Origin: Hydrolagus colliei
Lineage: Eukaryota
DNA length: 64,000 bases
Reading direction: 5' to 3'
NCBI GenBank assembly: GCA_035084275.1
Contig: CM068756.1
Coordinates: 14,694,001 to 14,758,000, forward strand
In this document: piece after piece, positions 38,652 to 52,771 of the stretch
Numbering within the stretch: the first letter of the stretch is position 1
Layout of the letters: every line of letters starts with the position of its first letter
Translations under genes and position numbers: made by a program
The notes under the pieces: model-generated
Seen by the model: only the letters and a program-made list of their open reading frames with translations
The model's database searches: none
What the model was told of the DNA's origin: nothing

Positions 38652-40456
38652 AGACTATATAATTATAAATCTAAACACCCTTATTGTTCATGGGGGGTTT
38701 TAATCAAGTTATCTTAAGTGGGTTAATCTTTATTTCCTCTGGTGGTGCCGGAAGCCTCCAAAAGATTTTGGTTTCTTTGTATCATGTTTTTATAAAAGGC
38801 AATCACCTCATCGGTTCTTTTCTGGTGAACTGCAATACTGACACTATATGTCATAGTTTTGGGTAACTGTCACATTCTTCATTCTTAAGGGAAAGATTTT
38901 ATGTGTTTTGGTTGACCCGTATGGCTTGCCATAACTTGCCATTGATGTTGCTATCCTGCTGCCTGTCCAGATAGGATCATTCTGTCCATTAGTGCTTTGG
39001 CTTGCTGGGTTAACAGGAAGTGAGAGGAACTCACCAAGTGACGTGTTGGAATAACAGAGACAGAGTAACTTGCAGCAGTAACTTGCAGAGTAACTGGTGG
39101 ATGCCAGCTACCATATAGAGCACTGTGTATATTAAACCCATGTTATTACTCTGTTATTATCTCTCAAACACAACTTATAGTGTGTATATATTATATATGT
39201 ATATTGGTCATACAAACAAATGAATCAAAAATATAATCAGTCTAAAATGCTGCAAAGTTCAATTGTGATATGTAAATCATATTTTCTGTCTTATTCATCC
39301 TGCGTCTTCAATAAAATTGCAGAAGGAACACAAGTGTTAGCTTGAAATTATTTGAATAAAATACTGCACAATTGATCTACTCCAGTGAAAAAGGTAAACC
39401 ATGGACGGTCTATCGGTCACGTACCTTCTAAAATGGACGCAACAGGATGTAACTAATCGCTCCTTTGTGTTATTTATAACAGCGACAATAAAAAAAAGTT
39501 ACAACGTCTCGCTCTTCACATTAAATATAGAGTGTGTGGTGAGCATCTGTTGCTACTACACAACTATTATTGCAACCAACACATTTGCTCAAACTTCAAC
39601 TGCTAGCTCATTATAGCCATGTTCAAGTGTCCTGGTTCTTTCACAGAAGCCTGGACTGTCCAATTAATACATAGCAACTGGTAAATTTCCCTACCCTGTT
39701 CATTCACCCATGTTGTTCTGGGTGCAGTTTTCTAAGTATATTTTTCTTGAGAGTGGATTACTGATATGTCCGATACTGTCGTGAAATGTTTTCTAAATAG
39801 ATTACAATGACAAGTCATTTCCTCTTGACTATGCACAAACAATCTTTGGACAGATTCCTGTCTAACATTAATGCTGGTGCAAAATTGGTGATATATAATC
39901 ATGTGATTTGTTCCAAAATGTTTCTGGTTTATCGTTTCTATCATTTAGCAGTGTAAATTGCATGAGATTAAACTCTATCCTGTTGTCAGCTTTGATGATT
40001 CACATCAAAACTGCTTATGAATTATTTCAGGCAGGAAAAAGTATATTGTATAAATGGTTGTTTTGTAGTGACCCGATATGTTTTGACCAAAGATTGAATA
40101 TTAGAAGGATATAGCTCTCGTGAAATTATACTTGGTGGCTGCTGTCAGTTAAAACAACCCTGACTCCCAAACAATTCAATTGTGGTTCAGTAAATAAAAC
40201 TTTGAGTGTTGCTTACAAATACAATGTACCTTTCAACTTCGTTGCCAGCAACACATGCGGTTCTGGTCACTCCTTAAGTAGGTCGGGATGTCGGGACGTC
40301 CTCCCGATGTGAAAGATGCTCTATAAATGTAATTGTGTTGTTGTTGTAAGTTGACAACTGCCTTTGCAACCCACTCTCAAAATAAAAATAGGCCAATCTA
40401 GATCTTTAATAATAATCCTTGCATTTGATGCAGCGCTTTTCACATCTTCTAGATGT

Positions 40457-40979
40457 TGTTAATATGGGGACCGGTGTTGAAATAGTTAACTCGCTTATGT
40501 TCGCCTGTGTGCTGAGTGTGCGAAACTAAGAAGTCACAAGATACACTTTTGTCACAAGATACTCTTTTGAACATATGTAAATGAAGGTTGGACCACGGTC
40601 TATCCTGCTTGGTGCGATTCAAACCTGACCCTGACTGGCGGGAAATGTATATCCATTTTTACTGGCTCCTTAGAATATCATGTGACTAACATGCTGAGTG
40701 TCATTGGTTAAACTACTAACAAAGAAGGACTATACAAGCACGTGGTGGAAACGGGGCCACAACCGGGGAATTAACATCAGCCAATCCACTGCCGGAGCCG
40801 GGACCAGGACTGAACAAGAACCGCTGGGGCGCCGTCCAACGGAGCGTTGATTAACCAGTAGTATACGTTGAATATACGTTGTGTGCCACTGCTGTGTAAA
40901 GTACCACATCAATCGAGGATACCCGAATAAACAACCTGCTTATATCAAACCATTCTGATTTCAAGTCTGGTTATTAACA
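40457..40979 (+). mobile_element. 523-bp LTR followed by a partial PBS
   Basis: TGTTAATA...TATTAACA termini, AATAAA at 40926, then TGGCGTAGT (start of a tRNA-Ser-type PBS) at 40983-40991. Confidence 0.75.
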
Positions 40980-43019
40980 AATTGGCGTAGTTGTTAATAA
41001 CCAGACTCGAAATCAGAATGGTTTGATATAAGCAGGTTGTTTATTCGGGTATCCTCGATTGAGGTGGTACTTTACACAGCAGTGGCAAACCACGTATATT
41101 CAATGTATATTCATCCAGGCCTTGATAATCTTGATATAGCATCTAATCACATCATTGAGACGTCTCAAATCCTTCACAGGCTATTCTAAAAACAACAAAA
41201 ATGTTATAGTTGGGGGACGTCCCAACGTGCTTAACAGTCAGTATTTGAGATCCAAGCTGGGGTGGAGACCGCGGAGTGTGGAGGGAAAGGAGGGGAGTGG
41301 GGGATGACCAATGGGTCCGTCAAAGAGGATGGTCTTGAGGCAGGACTTGCAGGAGGCTAGGGATGGGACAATGTGGAGGAATTGCACAATAGAATTCCAG
41401 AGGTTGGGGGCAGAGAGGATCAATGCTCGCTCACCGATGGTAAGGAGGGGATGAGTCCACTGCGAAATTCAAAAGATGCAGGCAGGATGATATCACATTT
41501 CTGCCGGTTGCTGATTGGCTGAGACCTCGGCGAGTTGGAGATGATGGCGATTGCATGGAGGGTCGAGGATGACTCCCACGTGCTCTCCAATTATGAGATG
41601 CACGTGATCTCCCAGATAACATCCTGTAACTGGAACATCTAATTGGAGTGTGATCACACTAGCAGAACTCCTACATCAACAGCTGCAGGAAAGTTTCACG
41701 CATCTAGGTCTTGATGTCCATCAAACAACCTAGAGTACAAAACTACAATGCAAAATTATATTTGTGCAGTAGCATTCACATTGGAGGGACATTCCTGGTT
41801 GCTGGACATCTAGATTTGGCATCCGCATACATATGGAAGTTGAGACCATGGGTATTTACATCAATTAATGTATTGCAAATAATGTTTTATGCAGATAAAT
41901 GTCAAGCTGCTACATTTTGGAAGAACAGGAAACATATGCACCACAAATATACTCAAGCAATAATATGCTCTGGTCAGACATCAACCAGAGACTGCATACA
42001 TTTCTGGTCATTATAACACCAGGAGGTTCCCAAGCAGGAGAGACTGCGCTGATTGGAGCAACGTGGATAATCTTCAGTGTTAGAACAATGAGGTATGGGA
42101 TGGGCCAATAGAAAAATGTAGACGTACATTTTCTGCATTTTCTGCTACAACTGCCCCATTTCCACTACAAATCCGCAACAAACAGCCCTTTGGGACTAAC
42201 CTTTACACAAAGTAAACTAGGCCCCAGGCCTCTCACACTGTATACTAAGGCCGCAGCTAATACTAAGGCCGCAGCGACTCCAATCTCGCATGCAACAATG
42301 GTCACTGAACGCACGACTGCTTGTAGTGCACTATTGTGTTCAATTGACTGCCACATTTCCACCACAAAATAAAATACAGACATAAAAGACCACTTTTATG
42401 TAACAAAAAATCATAATTTGTGGAATCAAGAATCTAATTAATTATTCAGCAAAATTCATAATTATATTCTGTTATTATAGATCGTGTAAGAAAAAATGTG
42501 AATAGAATGGTGTAACAAATTGATGCTTTCAGATTTGGGTGAAAGATGGGTGGCACATTATACAAGAAGCTCCATTGCAAACAGAAATTTCGAACAGACG
42601 TCATATAAAAGACCACTTTTATGTCAATAGTCATAATTTGTAAAAACAATAAGGTAATTAATAAGTCAGCAAAATTCATAATTTTATTCCATTGTTATAG
42701 ATCAAGAAAGCAAAAAGTGGCGAGAAATCTCTGACTGCAGTACAACTGAAGAATCGAGGGAATGTACAGTTTATGTCTGAGTGCATCACAGAAGCAAACA
42801 ATATATGAAAAGAAAGACACAAAACTCAAATTCACCAGTATATTATTGTATTGTTACAGTTATTGCTGTAGTCATATTTAATAATTTCCTTGAATTTGTT
42901 ATACTGTAATAACAATCCTTGCATTTGTTATAGCACTTTTCATGTCCTCTAGATGTCTCAAAGCACTTCATAGAATATACTGTCAAGTGAATTGACTGTA
43001 TATTTGTAGGCAAAATATG

Positions 43020-43564
43020 TGTTCAATTCTGGTCACCACACTACAGAAAGGATGTGAAGGCATTGGAAAGGGTACAACAAAGATTTACTAAGATGGTGCC
43101 AGGATTGAGGGACTTCAGCTATGAGGAGAGGCTAGATAGGCTAGGGTTATTCTCTCTGGAGCAGAGAAGATTGAGGGGAGACCTAATAGAGGTTTATAAG
43201 ATCATGAGGGGTTTCGACAGGGTAAATAGAGAAAAACTATTTCCACTCGTGGGTGAATCTGTGACTCGTGGTCACAGATTTAAAATAGTTTCAAGGCGCA
43301 GTAGAGGGGAACTGAGGAGAAATATTTTCACTCAGTGAGTTGTTCGAATCTGGAATGCATTGCCTGAAAAGGTGGTGGAGGCTGATTCGATAACAACTTT
43401 TAAAAGGGAATTAGATCTTTATTTAGGGAGAACGGGTCTATTAGGCTATGGGGAGCGGGCAGGGCAGTGGGATTGAATCGCTCTTTTCAAAGAGCCGGCA
43501 CAGACTAGATGGGCCGAATGGCCTCCTTTTGTGCCGTAAAATTCTATGATTCTATGATTCTATG
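43020..43564 (+). mobile_element. CR1 LINE 3' fragment inserted in a SINE
   Basis: KALERVQQRFTKMVPGL...RRLRGDLIEVYK; (ATTCTATG)n tail; SINE halves on both sides. Confidence 0.9.
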
Positions 43565-44339
43565 AAAACGCAGTGCCAATTGCACACAATAATACATTAT
43601 TATATTGAAGTGTTTCAAAGGAAATTACTGAGAAATGCACTGACTGTATAGTAGGCAAACACTGACATCAATTTCTGCAAAGTAGAATTTTACCAACAGC
43701 CATGAAATTGTGGTAATTGTTGCGATTTTGCATTTTTACAGTCGTGAATAGAAATGTAGCTTTACAAAAAAAATCCCATGTTTGAAGCGACAAACTCAAA
43801 TTATGTGAAATCTCTGTACTGTGTATTTCTGCCTAAATACTGAGGAATAATTTTTAACATGAGAAAAATTTGTGATATTACTATTTTGAAAATTAGTTTT
43901 TATACCAAGTATCTTGAATTGCATTCAATAAAATATTAGCTGAATATATGTCGGGTTTTTTCATGACCAAATAGGCATGCAGAGATATGTGCCTCATACC
44001 AGGAGCTGTTACAAAAATACCAACTAATCCTGCTTCACATTTTCCTGTTTGTGTTTTATGTGATTATCTTACACTCATCTGCCCAACAAGATCAACAACT
44101 TACTGTTCAAAGTGCGGCCATTCATGTTGCAATGGAGGGTATGAGGGACATGTAGGAATCAAAGCCACTCAATTATAGGCAGCAATAGTTGGTTGGTGAT
44201 TAAACAGGCTGGAGAGGTAGCGAGGTGCCAGGGCATGAAGACAATATAATTATAAACCTGCCTAGCAGCTATATACCTTTAGTGTTCATTGTCATTTTTG
44301 ATCAAATGTGTTAGTTTAAGCGGGTTAAGCTTTTTGGTC

Positions 44340-44660
44340 AATTCAATCCACGACTGTATAATAATATAATAATAATCCTTGCATTTTGATATAGAGCTTT
44401 TCACATTGTCTAGATGTCTGAAGGCACTTCACAGAATATACTGTAAATTTAATTGACTGCATATTTGTGGGTGAAATGTGGTAGCCAATAGCACACAGCA
44501 GTGTCCCACAAACAGTCGTGGATTGAAATGACTAATTTATTATTGCTTTTTTGAGGGATTATTATTAGGTGTTTGGAGTAAGGAAAAGTAAGGTTTCGCC
44601 TTGCCTGGTCTCACGCTTGTAAGGCGAGTGCTCTAACCACTGAGCTACAGGATTCCACGT
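44340..44660 (-). mobile_element. Deu-type SINE copy
   Basis: Same tail/core/head as 430-755. Confidence 0.7.
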
Positions 44661-45599
44661 TGAATGTGTTAATTACCCAAAACTAAAGTTGAGTGCTATG
44701 TATATAAAACCCATGTTATTACTCTGTTAATATCTCTCAAATAGACTTAGTTTTTAGTGTATATATATTGTTCATAGAAACAAATAAATCAAAATATAAT
44801 CAGTCTAAAATGCTACAAAGTTCAATTATGATATGTAAATCATTATTTTCTGTCTGATTCATCCTGTATTTTCAATAAAGTAACAGAAAGTCCCTGAGTC
44901 TTATCTTACCTTGAAACCTTTTTTAGAAACACACATAATTCATAACCTTCCGTAAAATAGTTAAAGTGCGGACGGTCTATCGGTCACATAACTGTTAAAA
45001 TGGACATAACCGGATGTAACTAATTGCTCTTTTGTGTTATTTATGACAGCAACAATAAAAAGAGTTACAACATCTCGCTCTTCACATTAAATATAGAGCG
45101 TGTGGTTAGCGATTTTAGCTATTATACAAATATTATTGCAACCAACGCATTTGCTCACATTTCAACTGCAAGCTCATTGTGGCCATTCGAGTGTTATCTC
45201 TTAGAAGGCTGGACTATACAATTAATATGTAACAACTAGTAAAATAACCTACGCGGTTGTTCAAGGCCCCTTTTTCTAAATATATTTTCTTGGTGCATGT
45301 ACTGGGTTACTCATATGGCCGATGTTGCGAAATGATCATTTGCTCTTGACTATCACAAAGAAATTGCTTATGAATTTGCTCCATGTGGAAAAAGTATATT
45401 GTATAAATGGTTATTTAGTAGTGACTCGATATGTTTGACCAAAGATTCTATATGGTAGAAGGAGATAACTCTTATTATCCTTTCTTTGCTGCTATCAGTT
45501 AAAACAACCCTGAATGACAAACAATTCATTTTGGTTTTTTAAACAAACTTTGAGTATTTCTTACAAATACAATTTAAATTTCATCTTTGTTGACTATGG

Positions 45600-46260
45600 G
45601 AACTCTCTCCTCGTCGGTCTCACCAGCTCTTCCCTTCACAGGCTGCAGATCATTCAATAACCACAACTTTGATTCATATAGCGCCTCCACGCCGGACTGC
45701 GTCTCAGAGCGCATTCAAAATTCTACAGCTCGTGTACACTCCCGTAACAAGCTTTGCGACCACATCACTCCCACCCTCGCCCATCTCCATTGGCTCCTCA
45801 TCACCCAGAGGATAGAATTCAAGATCCTTGTCCTCACTTTCAAGGCCATTCATGGTCTTGCTCCCCTATCTCTCTGACCTACTGTCTTCCTATCAGCCTG
45901 CGCGCATCCTCCATTCAGCAGACTTAGGCCTCCATGTGCACTGCCCTAACCGCCCAACCATTGACGGCTGGGCTTTCAGCCTCTCTGCTCCCACACTGTG
46001 GAACTCCATCCGCACCCCCCGACCCGCCTTGATTCGTCCCTTTCCTCTTTCAAGGCCAGTCTCAAGACCTTCCTCTTCGACTGCGCCTTCGGCTGCCCCA
46101 CAAACTCTTCCCCCTCTCCCACTCTCGTCCCCTTCCCCTTACTCCGACCCTCCTGCACCCCGCTCGGGTCCTGACCAGACTGTTCAGCGCCTTGGGACGT
46201 CCTACTGACGTGAAAGGTGCTTTATAAGTGCAATTTTGTTGTTGTTGTTGTTGTTTGTTG
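45600..46260 (+). mobile_element. L2 3' fragment
   Basis: IQNSTARV...HITPTLAHLHWL...RIEFKILVLTFK; (GTT)n tail. Confidence 0.8.
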
Positions 46261-46744
46261 ACAATAAGACATGAGATTCTAGTTGCTCTTTAAGTAGATG
46301 TGAAGGATGCTTTACAAATATAATTGTGTTGTTGTAGACAACTGCCTGTCCAAGCCATTCCCAAAACAAAAATAGGCATGAGCATGAACATGAACAGGAT
46401 ATTGAACATCACCCACCATTTTTATGTCAAGAAATTGCAATCCCTTGTTACAGACAAGTAACAACAACAGCAAAAAAGTACATCAGTAGAGCACCTTTCA
46501 TGCCAGGAGTATGTCCCAAGACACTGAACAGTCAGGGGATCCAAACATTTGGGCGTTGGTGTGTTGTAGGGGCAAAGTTTGGATGAGGGAGGGCAGAGAG
46601 GTAGGATGGCTGCTAAAGGCAGTATCGAAAAGGAGGGTTTTGAGACCAGCCTTGAAGGGATTCGAGCAAAGTGATGGGATTGTGGAATGTAATTCATCCC
46701 ATAGTTTGGGATTGCAGAGGCATTGTGTGCAGGAAATCAACTTT

Positions 46745-47600
46745 TTGATATTCATAGAATTATAAAGCACAAAAGGAGGCCATTCGGCCCATCTAGTCTG
46801 TGCTGGCTCTTTAAACAGAGCAACTCAATCCCACTGCCCCGCTCTCTCCCCATAACCTAACAGACCCGCCCTTCCTAAATAAAGATCTAGTTCCCTTTTA
46901 AAAACTGTTATGTAATCTGCCTCCACCATCTTTTCAGGCAAGTCATTCCAGATTCGAACAACCCTTCTCTTTGTTCTAGAGAGAATAAGCCTAGCCTATC
47001 TAGCCTTTCCTCATAGCTGAAGTCCCTCATTCCTGGTACCATCCTAGCAAATCTTCTCTGCACCCTTTCCAATGCCTTAATATCCTTCCTAAAGTGTGGT
47101 GACCAGAATTGTACACAGCTGAGGCCTAACCAAAGTCTTATAAAGGTTAATCAGCACTTCCTGACTTTTGTATTCTATACCCCTATTTACAAAGCCCAGT
47201 ATCCCATATACCTTCTTAATGGCTTTGTCTACCTGTCCTGCCACTTTCAAAGAGTCAGTAACACAAATCCCCACGTCTCTCTATTCCTTCACACCCTTTA
47301 AAATTGTACTATCTAGCCTATATTGCTCCTCTCATTTCTTCTCCCAAAGCATATCACCTCACACTTCTCTGTATTAAACTTCATCTGCCATGTTTCTGCC
47401 CACTTTACCATTTTATCTATATCCTCTTGCAGATGGCTACTATCCTCCTCACTATTTACTATTCTCGCTAACTTAGTATCATCTGCAACTTTGGAAACCG
47501 TACTTCCCAAACCCAAATCCAAATCATTAATGTATATTAAAAAGAGCAGTGGTACCAAAACCGATCCCTGGGGGACGCCACTGCACACTTCCCTCCAGTC
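46745..47600 (-). mobile_element. CR1 RT/3' fragment, older copy
   Basis: SGVPQGSVLVPLLFLIYINDLD...VADDTKL. Confidence 0.85.
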
Positions 47601-48317
47601 TGAAAAGCAGCCAATATTAGTTTAAAAAAAAGCTTGATGTTATTATGATTTAAACTTGAGTGCAAGTTTAAAGCAGTCAAACTGCCAGTTAAGTCTTTTG
47701 TTGGTGTTTACTGTCATTATTGTTGTTGATTTGGAAAGAAGATATCAGACCTTCTTTAACATAATTAATTCTGTGATCTTGTGATGTAATACTAATCATT
47801 TTACAACAACAAAATTACAATTGCATAGCACTTTTCGCATTGGGAAGATGTCCCATGACACATTGCTTGGAATCTGAGCTGGGGTCGTGATCAGGGATGA
47901 TATATGGATGACGTGGTGGGGGAAGGTGGGTGACCGATCGACGACACGGTCGAAGAGCAAGGTCTTGGAAGAAACATGAAATTTGCCCTGATTCATATTG
48001 ACATGAAGTACAGCTCTTTGAGTTTGGATTGAAAAGTTAGTTCCCCTTGGTAAAAAGTGTAAAAACAATAACATCAAAATAAACTTTGAGTGTTACCTTC
48101 AGATGGAATTTAGACCCTGTTGCCAATTAAATAACTGAAAGTAATCAACCTTTAAGTGGATAACTGTCTTTGTAAATCTAATCAAACACTCAGAGCCAAT
48201 CGTTTAAACTTACAGAGACAGGAAGTCAGTCGTCATGGCCTTTTATATAAATGCTTAAAACAACCGTAATTACTTAATAGTGAGCAATAATAGCTTCATC
48301 CTTGGTCTCAATCCACG

Positions 48318-48378
48318 ATGAGAATGTTGGTGAGCTTTGTGTTTCTATGTGTACATTTAATCCAGATAATTTTCACAG
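48318..48378 (+). CDS. Gene D exon 1, signal peptide (MRMLVSFVFLCVHLIQIIFT)
   Basis: Phase-1 donor G|GTATGT. Confidence 0.78.
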
Positions 48379-48528
48379 GTATGTGCTCCTTCTATACCAC
48401 AATTTGTCAAAAAGTAAGATAAATGACATAATTTGATATTATTTATTGATAGAATAAGTCTCTTCGCATTGCTTTGTCTCGCGTACTAAATTCTGTTTCT
48501 AATTAGCATTTGAATTTATTTCTGATAG

Positions 48529-48846
48529 TTGTTGATGGTACAATGACCAGAGTGACCCAACTCCCCGACCATGTGGAGGCAATTAGAGGCACGAACGTTA
48601 CCTTTCAGTGCATGTTTCCTGACACTCAATCCAACCTGCGTACAAAAGTGTATTGGTGGAAGCAGGAAGACAATGTATACCATACGAAGCCGGATAAAAG
48701 AAAACTGTTTGGGTTTGACAGCAAACAAAGCAGTTTCTTTAAGCTCCTAAATGTGAGTCACCAGGATTCTGGTGTGTATCAGTGTGCCCTCATGATTGAG
48801 GGAAAATTAGTGGCCAGTGGACCTGGATCACAGCTGATTGTATGGG
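48529..48846 (+). CDS. Gene D exon 2, IgV domain (intact)
   Basis: FQC...VYWWK...DSGVYQC...SGPGSQLIVW; close paralog of the gene C V exon. Confidence 0.9.
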
Positions 48847-50695
48847 GTAGGTATGGAATATTCCAAATTAGATATAGTGCCAAAAATTGTAGAAAAGGAT
48901 AAAAGATGTTGAATTATTTTAAGAATATGAAATGGGTGTTTCAAAATGTTGTCCTTTAAAATGTATCCTCCTGGGGGGAGGTGGGATCTGCTTGGAACTG
49001 AACTAGCTCCCGGGTAACATGCTTGCAATAGAATGTCAGAAACAGGTCAACCCTGTGGGATAGCTGTGGGATTCTCTGGTTCCTGAACCAAGGCACTTCT
49101 GAGGACAGCCCAGCCAGCCTGACTGATCAGCAGGACTTGGAGAGGCAGAGGAGTCTCTAGGGGCAGGGATTGTTCTCACTCAGCTTCCGTTAACCCTGCA
49201 GGTCAAACCCATAATTCTTCTACTTGTCCACAATGGACAAACAGGGGAAAAGCTTGTGAGATAGAGCTCTCGTTGACAAGATAAGGGGTTTTAGCTGTTT
49301 AGATTCCAACAATACCCAACAAACACTCAGGGATTCCCAAGCTTTGGTTTTGCTAGCAATTGCATAATACTCTGTGGAATTACAAAATGCGGGATGGGTC
49401 AGTTTGGAAAGTCAGTGCACATTTCATTCCAATACATGGGAATTTCCACATGTGGGTGGATACATGGTTTGGTTTTGGATACTCTTCTACTGCGCGTATT
49501 AGACCACTGGTTAATCAAAACGTCTCTTTAAAAAAGAACTTTACTAAATAACTGAATGTTGTATATCTCCATATGTTTGAGAAGCACATGCTAGAGTGTT
49601 GGGCAGGAATGTCGGGGAGCTTTGCATTTCCAGAAGTGCCTTTATTTGGATACGATCAATATCCAGTCTGCAGGATGGGATTGATGTTAGAAAAATGACA
49701 CTGTTCGGAGAGACGAGTTTCTTGGTGTGCTGAAGAACATATCAATTCTATCTGTCTCCAGATAAAATTGCTCATTCAAAACACTTGTGATGTGCATTTG
49801 AGGCATTTCAAAATCACAATCAAATACAGTATAAGGATTTTAGAAAAAATTAATTAAGATTTAGACAATTTCAAGCCCATATTTTTATTCAAATCAAATT
49901 CAGTCATCAGTTAGATATACTTAGTTGAATACAATATCAGTAATTAACTATTTCTTCATCTTACTGATGAGGAAAACAATAGCGCAATAGCGCATATCAG
50001 CATTGGCTACTTTGCCGTTATCACATATATTGCTTCAAAATGTATTATCTTCTCTGGATTTTAAATCTGGAACTGTAAAACAATCAAGTTTTTCTTATTA
50101 CTCCAGTTCCATTTATGGAATAGTTTGAAAAGATAAATTTGTATTAATGGGGAGAGGCAATCGGAATTATGGAAAATAATATTTTATTTAGTGAAAATTG
50201 AGACATTCACTGACATTTTGTGCTGGCTTTTCATTGTATATTTATTTGCTTTTGGGGGAACTGTAGTGACAAAGTATCTTTCCCATAACAACTTTTATAG
50301 TTGTCGTGAATGGCGAACAAATCAAAGTTAGAACAAAATATTTAAAAATACTAATCCCTGCATTTGGCTTTTCACATCTTCTAGACATCTTAATCCACTT
50401 CACGGAATATGCTATAAAGTGAATTGACCTCATATCTGTGGACAAAACACGGCAGCCAATTGTGCACAGCAATGTCCCGCAAACAGTCATAGAATGAAAA
50501 AGATTTTGTCCAGCTTGGAATTGTTTAAATACAAAGCAAATGAATCAGAATCAAAATGCTGTATTGAACGGAATAAAATGAAAATCATAATAAAGTTTAA
50601 TCTCCACCAGTTGATTGTACGTTTTTGTAATTCTTCTGTACTGTTTGATGTGAAAGGCGCTATACAAATGTAATTTTGTTGTTGTTGTTCTATAG

Positions 50696-50996
50696 TTCCT
50701 CCAACTCCACTGAAGATCTTCTCCAAAGTTACAAAAATAGTTTCGCCTCTGGCTCTTGTGTGTGAAACCAATGCATTTTATCCAGAGGATCTTAACCTCA
50801 CTTGGTATAAAATGGCACCAAAATTACATCTGGAATAAACATCACTAAACAGCAGAATGCAGAGGGATTGTATGAAGCTTCAAGCTTTGTGGAAGAGAAC
50901 AAGACTGTCCAAAGTGAGGTTGTTTATATCTGTCAGGTTTCTCACATCAGCCTTCAGATTCCAGAAATTGTCAACTACACAGTTCAGTTCTCCAAC
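50696..50996 (+). pseudogene. Gene D decayed C1 exon
   Basis: Versus gene C: 1-bp deletion in the A run at 50809-50812 giving TAA at 50836-50838; donor segment gacacaggtaggatgcc deleted near 50994; about 40-bp L2-type tail inserted in the acceptor (50648-50690). Confidence 0.85.
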
Positions 50997-51499
50997 AATG
51001 TTATTGACAATTAATGTTAATTGTTTCTCACCCAAATATTTTATCACAATCTGATTATATTTTCTGTGTGTTTACGAGCTGAGGTAGGTCCCATATTTTA
51101 TTTCTATCATATGGTGAGTGCAGATTTGCCTGTTCATTTTCACTGTAATGTGCTGTAATTCAGAGATGACTCCATGGATGCATCCAGGCGTCCGTTTCTA
51201 ATACAATTATTCCTCGTTTAACATTGTAGTTGTGTTCTCAAGAAGTACGACATTAAGCAAACCCGTTTTTCCGATATAAATTAATGTATAAACTGGAGTT
51301 AGGTTATTTTGTACATTTTTGAAGAAAATGTTCTAAAAAAAAATTATATTTGCTCCCTGACTGCCTGCCCGGCTCACTCTCTTGCTCCCTGCCTGACCTG
51401 TTCATTTCCACCCGCTAGTGAACGACGCAATAGCGAATGTCACAACGTTAAATAGTTATATATTCCCTATGTATCAGCAACGTAATAATAAAACAATTT

Positions 51500-52220
51500 T
51501 GACCGAAGCAACAAAACAACGTTCACCAGGTTCGATCCCCAATTATCCTTCCTCCCCCGCATCCAGTCGCTCACCAGCACTGCCGTCTTCCATCTCCGAT
51601 GCATCGCCCGTCTCCACCAATATCTAACCCCAAAAGCTGCCAAAACCCTGGTCGATGCCTTTGTCACCTCTTTGCTGGACTATTCAAACATCCTCCTTGC
51701 CAGTCTCCCCTCCGTCACAATCCACAAAATCCAGCTCATACATAACTCCGTCACCTGCATTCTCACCCGTATACAACTGCTCCCCGATTACCCCTGTTCT
51801 TGCCAGACTGCACTGACTCCCTGTCCCGCAGAGGATCAATTTCAAGATCCTCACGCTTGTATTAAAATCCCTCCACTCCTCTGCACCCCCCTACCTCTCT
51901 GACCTCCTCTCCCCTCACATCAGCACCCGTTAGCTTCACTCTACCGGGTCTGGCCTCCTCCTTGTCTCCCAAATCCTCCGCTCCACCACCGGCAGCCGTA
52001 CTTTCAGCCACTACACCCAGAGGCTCTGAACTCCCTCCCTCACTCCCTTTACCTCGCCCCCTCCTTTCCTATTTTCAGGTCTCGGACCTTTCCTTTCGAC
52101 CGCATTTTTGTTCACCTTGTTCCCCTTCCCCCTTGCCCCACCCCGGGATCCTTTATTGGGAAGCGCTCTGAGATGCCATTCAGCATGGAGGGCTCTATAC
52201 AATTCCAAGTTGTTGTTTTT
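51500..52220 (+). mobile_element. L2 3' fragment
   Basis: LDYSNILLASLPSVTIHKIQLIHNS; tail aagttgttgtt. Confidence 0.75.
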
Positions 52221-52669
52221 CTTAAGCAGGGTCTACTTGTAATATTAATAACAACAACAAAATTACATTTATAAAGCGCCTTTAATATCAGGAGGATGTC
52301 CCAAGCCGCTAATTGTCAATTAATCTTTATTTTTTTCACAAGAATATTTCCTGATATTAATTACAACAAATTAGGTAATGTCCTCTTAGGCTTCCCATGC
52401 AAACATACTTATATTTTTCTATCAAATCTAGTTTTTACTATCTACTTTGCAATATATCCTGTGAAACATTGGAAGACATGCTTCCAATGTGAAAGGCATG
52501 CTATTCAATGGTTATTATTATTTACTATTATGTCTCTTTACTTGTGCATCTTCAACAACAAATTAGATTTGCATAGTGTCTTTCACAGTCATTGGTAAAT
52601 TCTGCTTACATCACTAAATGGAATACAGTACTCCTGTTTTACCTTTTCACACTTGTATTGTCATTACAG

Positions 52670-52771
52670 GAAATAATACTGATAAATTAATACAGGTATC
52701 TGGATGTGCAGGATTGACATTTCTTGTGCTTTTAGTCATTGGAATATCATGTCGATTTATGAAACGGAATG
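52670..52771 (+). CDS. Gene D TM exon, uncharged core (SGCAGLTFLVLLVIGISC-RFMKRN)
   Basis: 102 nt phase 1-1, homologous to the gene A TM exon. Confidence 0.85.

Larger units (their letters stand above)
42400..45590 (+). repeat. Segmental paralog of 37300-40250 (region 3' of the gene C TM exon)
   Basis: Collinear homology: 37400~42500, 37650~43830, 38450~43920, 38620~44210, 39130-40250~44700-45590. Confidence 0.8.

Noticed and set aside
42820-42910. Hydrophobic frame as a TM exon for an additional gene
   Set aside because: AT-rich, no similarity to the three TM exons, no convincing splice sites and no upstream V/C1
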